Virus record (IMG/VR): IMGVR_UViG_3300036761_001580
Location: 133,198-197,197 of that record
Strand: one strand, 5' to 3'
Length of the DNA: 64,000 nucleotides
DNA from: a virus
Position 1 is the stretch's first letter. Each line of letters opens with the position of its first letter. The notes beneath the pieces were generated by a model. That model saw only the letters and a program-made list of their open reading frames with translations. It searched no databases and was not told the DNA's origin. The position numbers and the translations under genes were made by a program. This document shows, piece after piece, positions 63,700 through 64,000 of this stretch.

Positions 63700-64000
63700 T
63701 TAGGTGGCCTCGTTCAGCTCCTCGGAGTCGAACATGACCTTGCAGCGCAAAGTACCGCCGCCGCCTGTGTTGTTGTACAGATGCAGTGCCCTCGCGAGGT
63801 TCGCATCCTCGCGGACCGTGGTGCCGTCCCTCCACCGGTCCGGAGTGCAGATGCCCGTGTCCGTGTAGATCCGACGCGGAAGGGCGGATCCGGACGCGAG
63901 ATTCACGACACCGCCCTGCTGGACGCCCGTCTCGTAGTTCGGCCCGAACACCGCGGCCGGCTGGGCGTAGCCTCCCCCGTAGAAGATCTTGCACGCGACG
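63700..64000 (-). CDS. hypothetical protein, partial (N-terminus beyond window end)
   Basis: The ORF stops at 63700 and continues past the window edge. Possibly the endolysin or another lysis/structural gene. Not assignable. Confidence 0.3.
   Translation of the reverse strand, partial: VACKIFYGGGYAQPAAVFGPNYETGVQQGGVVNLASGSALPRRIYTDTGICTPDRWRDGTTVREDANLARALHLYNNTGGGGTLRCKVMFDSEELNEAT

Noticed and set aside
1-64000. Searched for integrase, transposase, att-like direct repeats or a CRISPR array that would mark a prophage boundary or mobile element
   Set aside because: No tyrosine/serine recombinase motifs or repeat-spacer arrays were seen on either strand. Gene content is continuous phage-like throughout, so no boundary can be claimed inside this window.

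Overview
This window looks like a contiguous slice of a high-GC tailed dsDNA phage or prophage genome, with every convincing gene on the minus strand, so transcription runs from high to low coordinates. Three blocks are visible: (1) 63689..~57700, small membrane proteins resembling a lysis cassette plus unassigned virion proteins; (2) 57600..28192, a Mu/P2-like contractile-tail module: sheath, two paralogous tube genes, G/G-T tail chaperones with an A_AAA_AAA -1 slippery site, three tandem paralogous tape-measure-like genes (the last carrying a SleB-like cell-wall hydrolase domain), baseplate hub/spike/J-like genes, and two very large fibre/spike proteins (1199 aa with internal repeats; 1580 aa parallel beta-helix); (3) 28191..1, a switch region with three sigma70-like TTGACA promoters, a ribbon-helix-helix (RHH) regulator and a lipoprotein, followed by a full replication/recombination module: 5'-3' exonuclease fused to a family-4 UDG-like domain, TSCPD protein, SNF2 helicase, Nudix hydrolase, DnaC-like loader, DnaB-like helicase, DnaG-like primase, clamp-like protein, family-A DNA polymerase, DnaX-like clamp loader, SSB-like PQ-rich protein, RecA, Mre11/SbcD and Rad50/SbcC. 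No rRNA, tRNA, CRISPR array, integrase or transposase was recognised. All long plus-strand ORFs in the track read as antisense GC artefacts. Many adjacent genes share start/stop-overlapping codons (ATGA, GTGGTAG, TTGA), which fits long translationally coupled operons. All functional calls come from motifs read by eye, without database searches, and several gene starts were trimmed to internal ATG/GTG/TTG codons on the basis of upstream stop positions.
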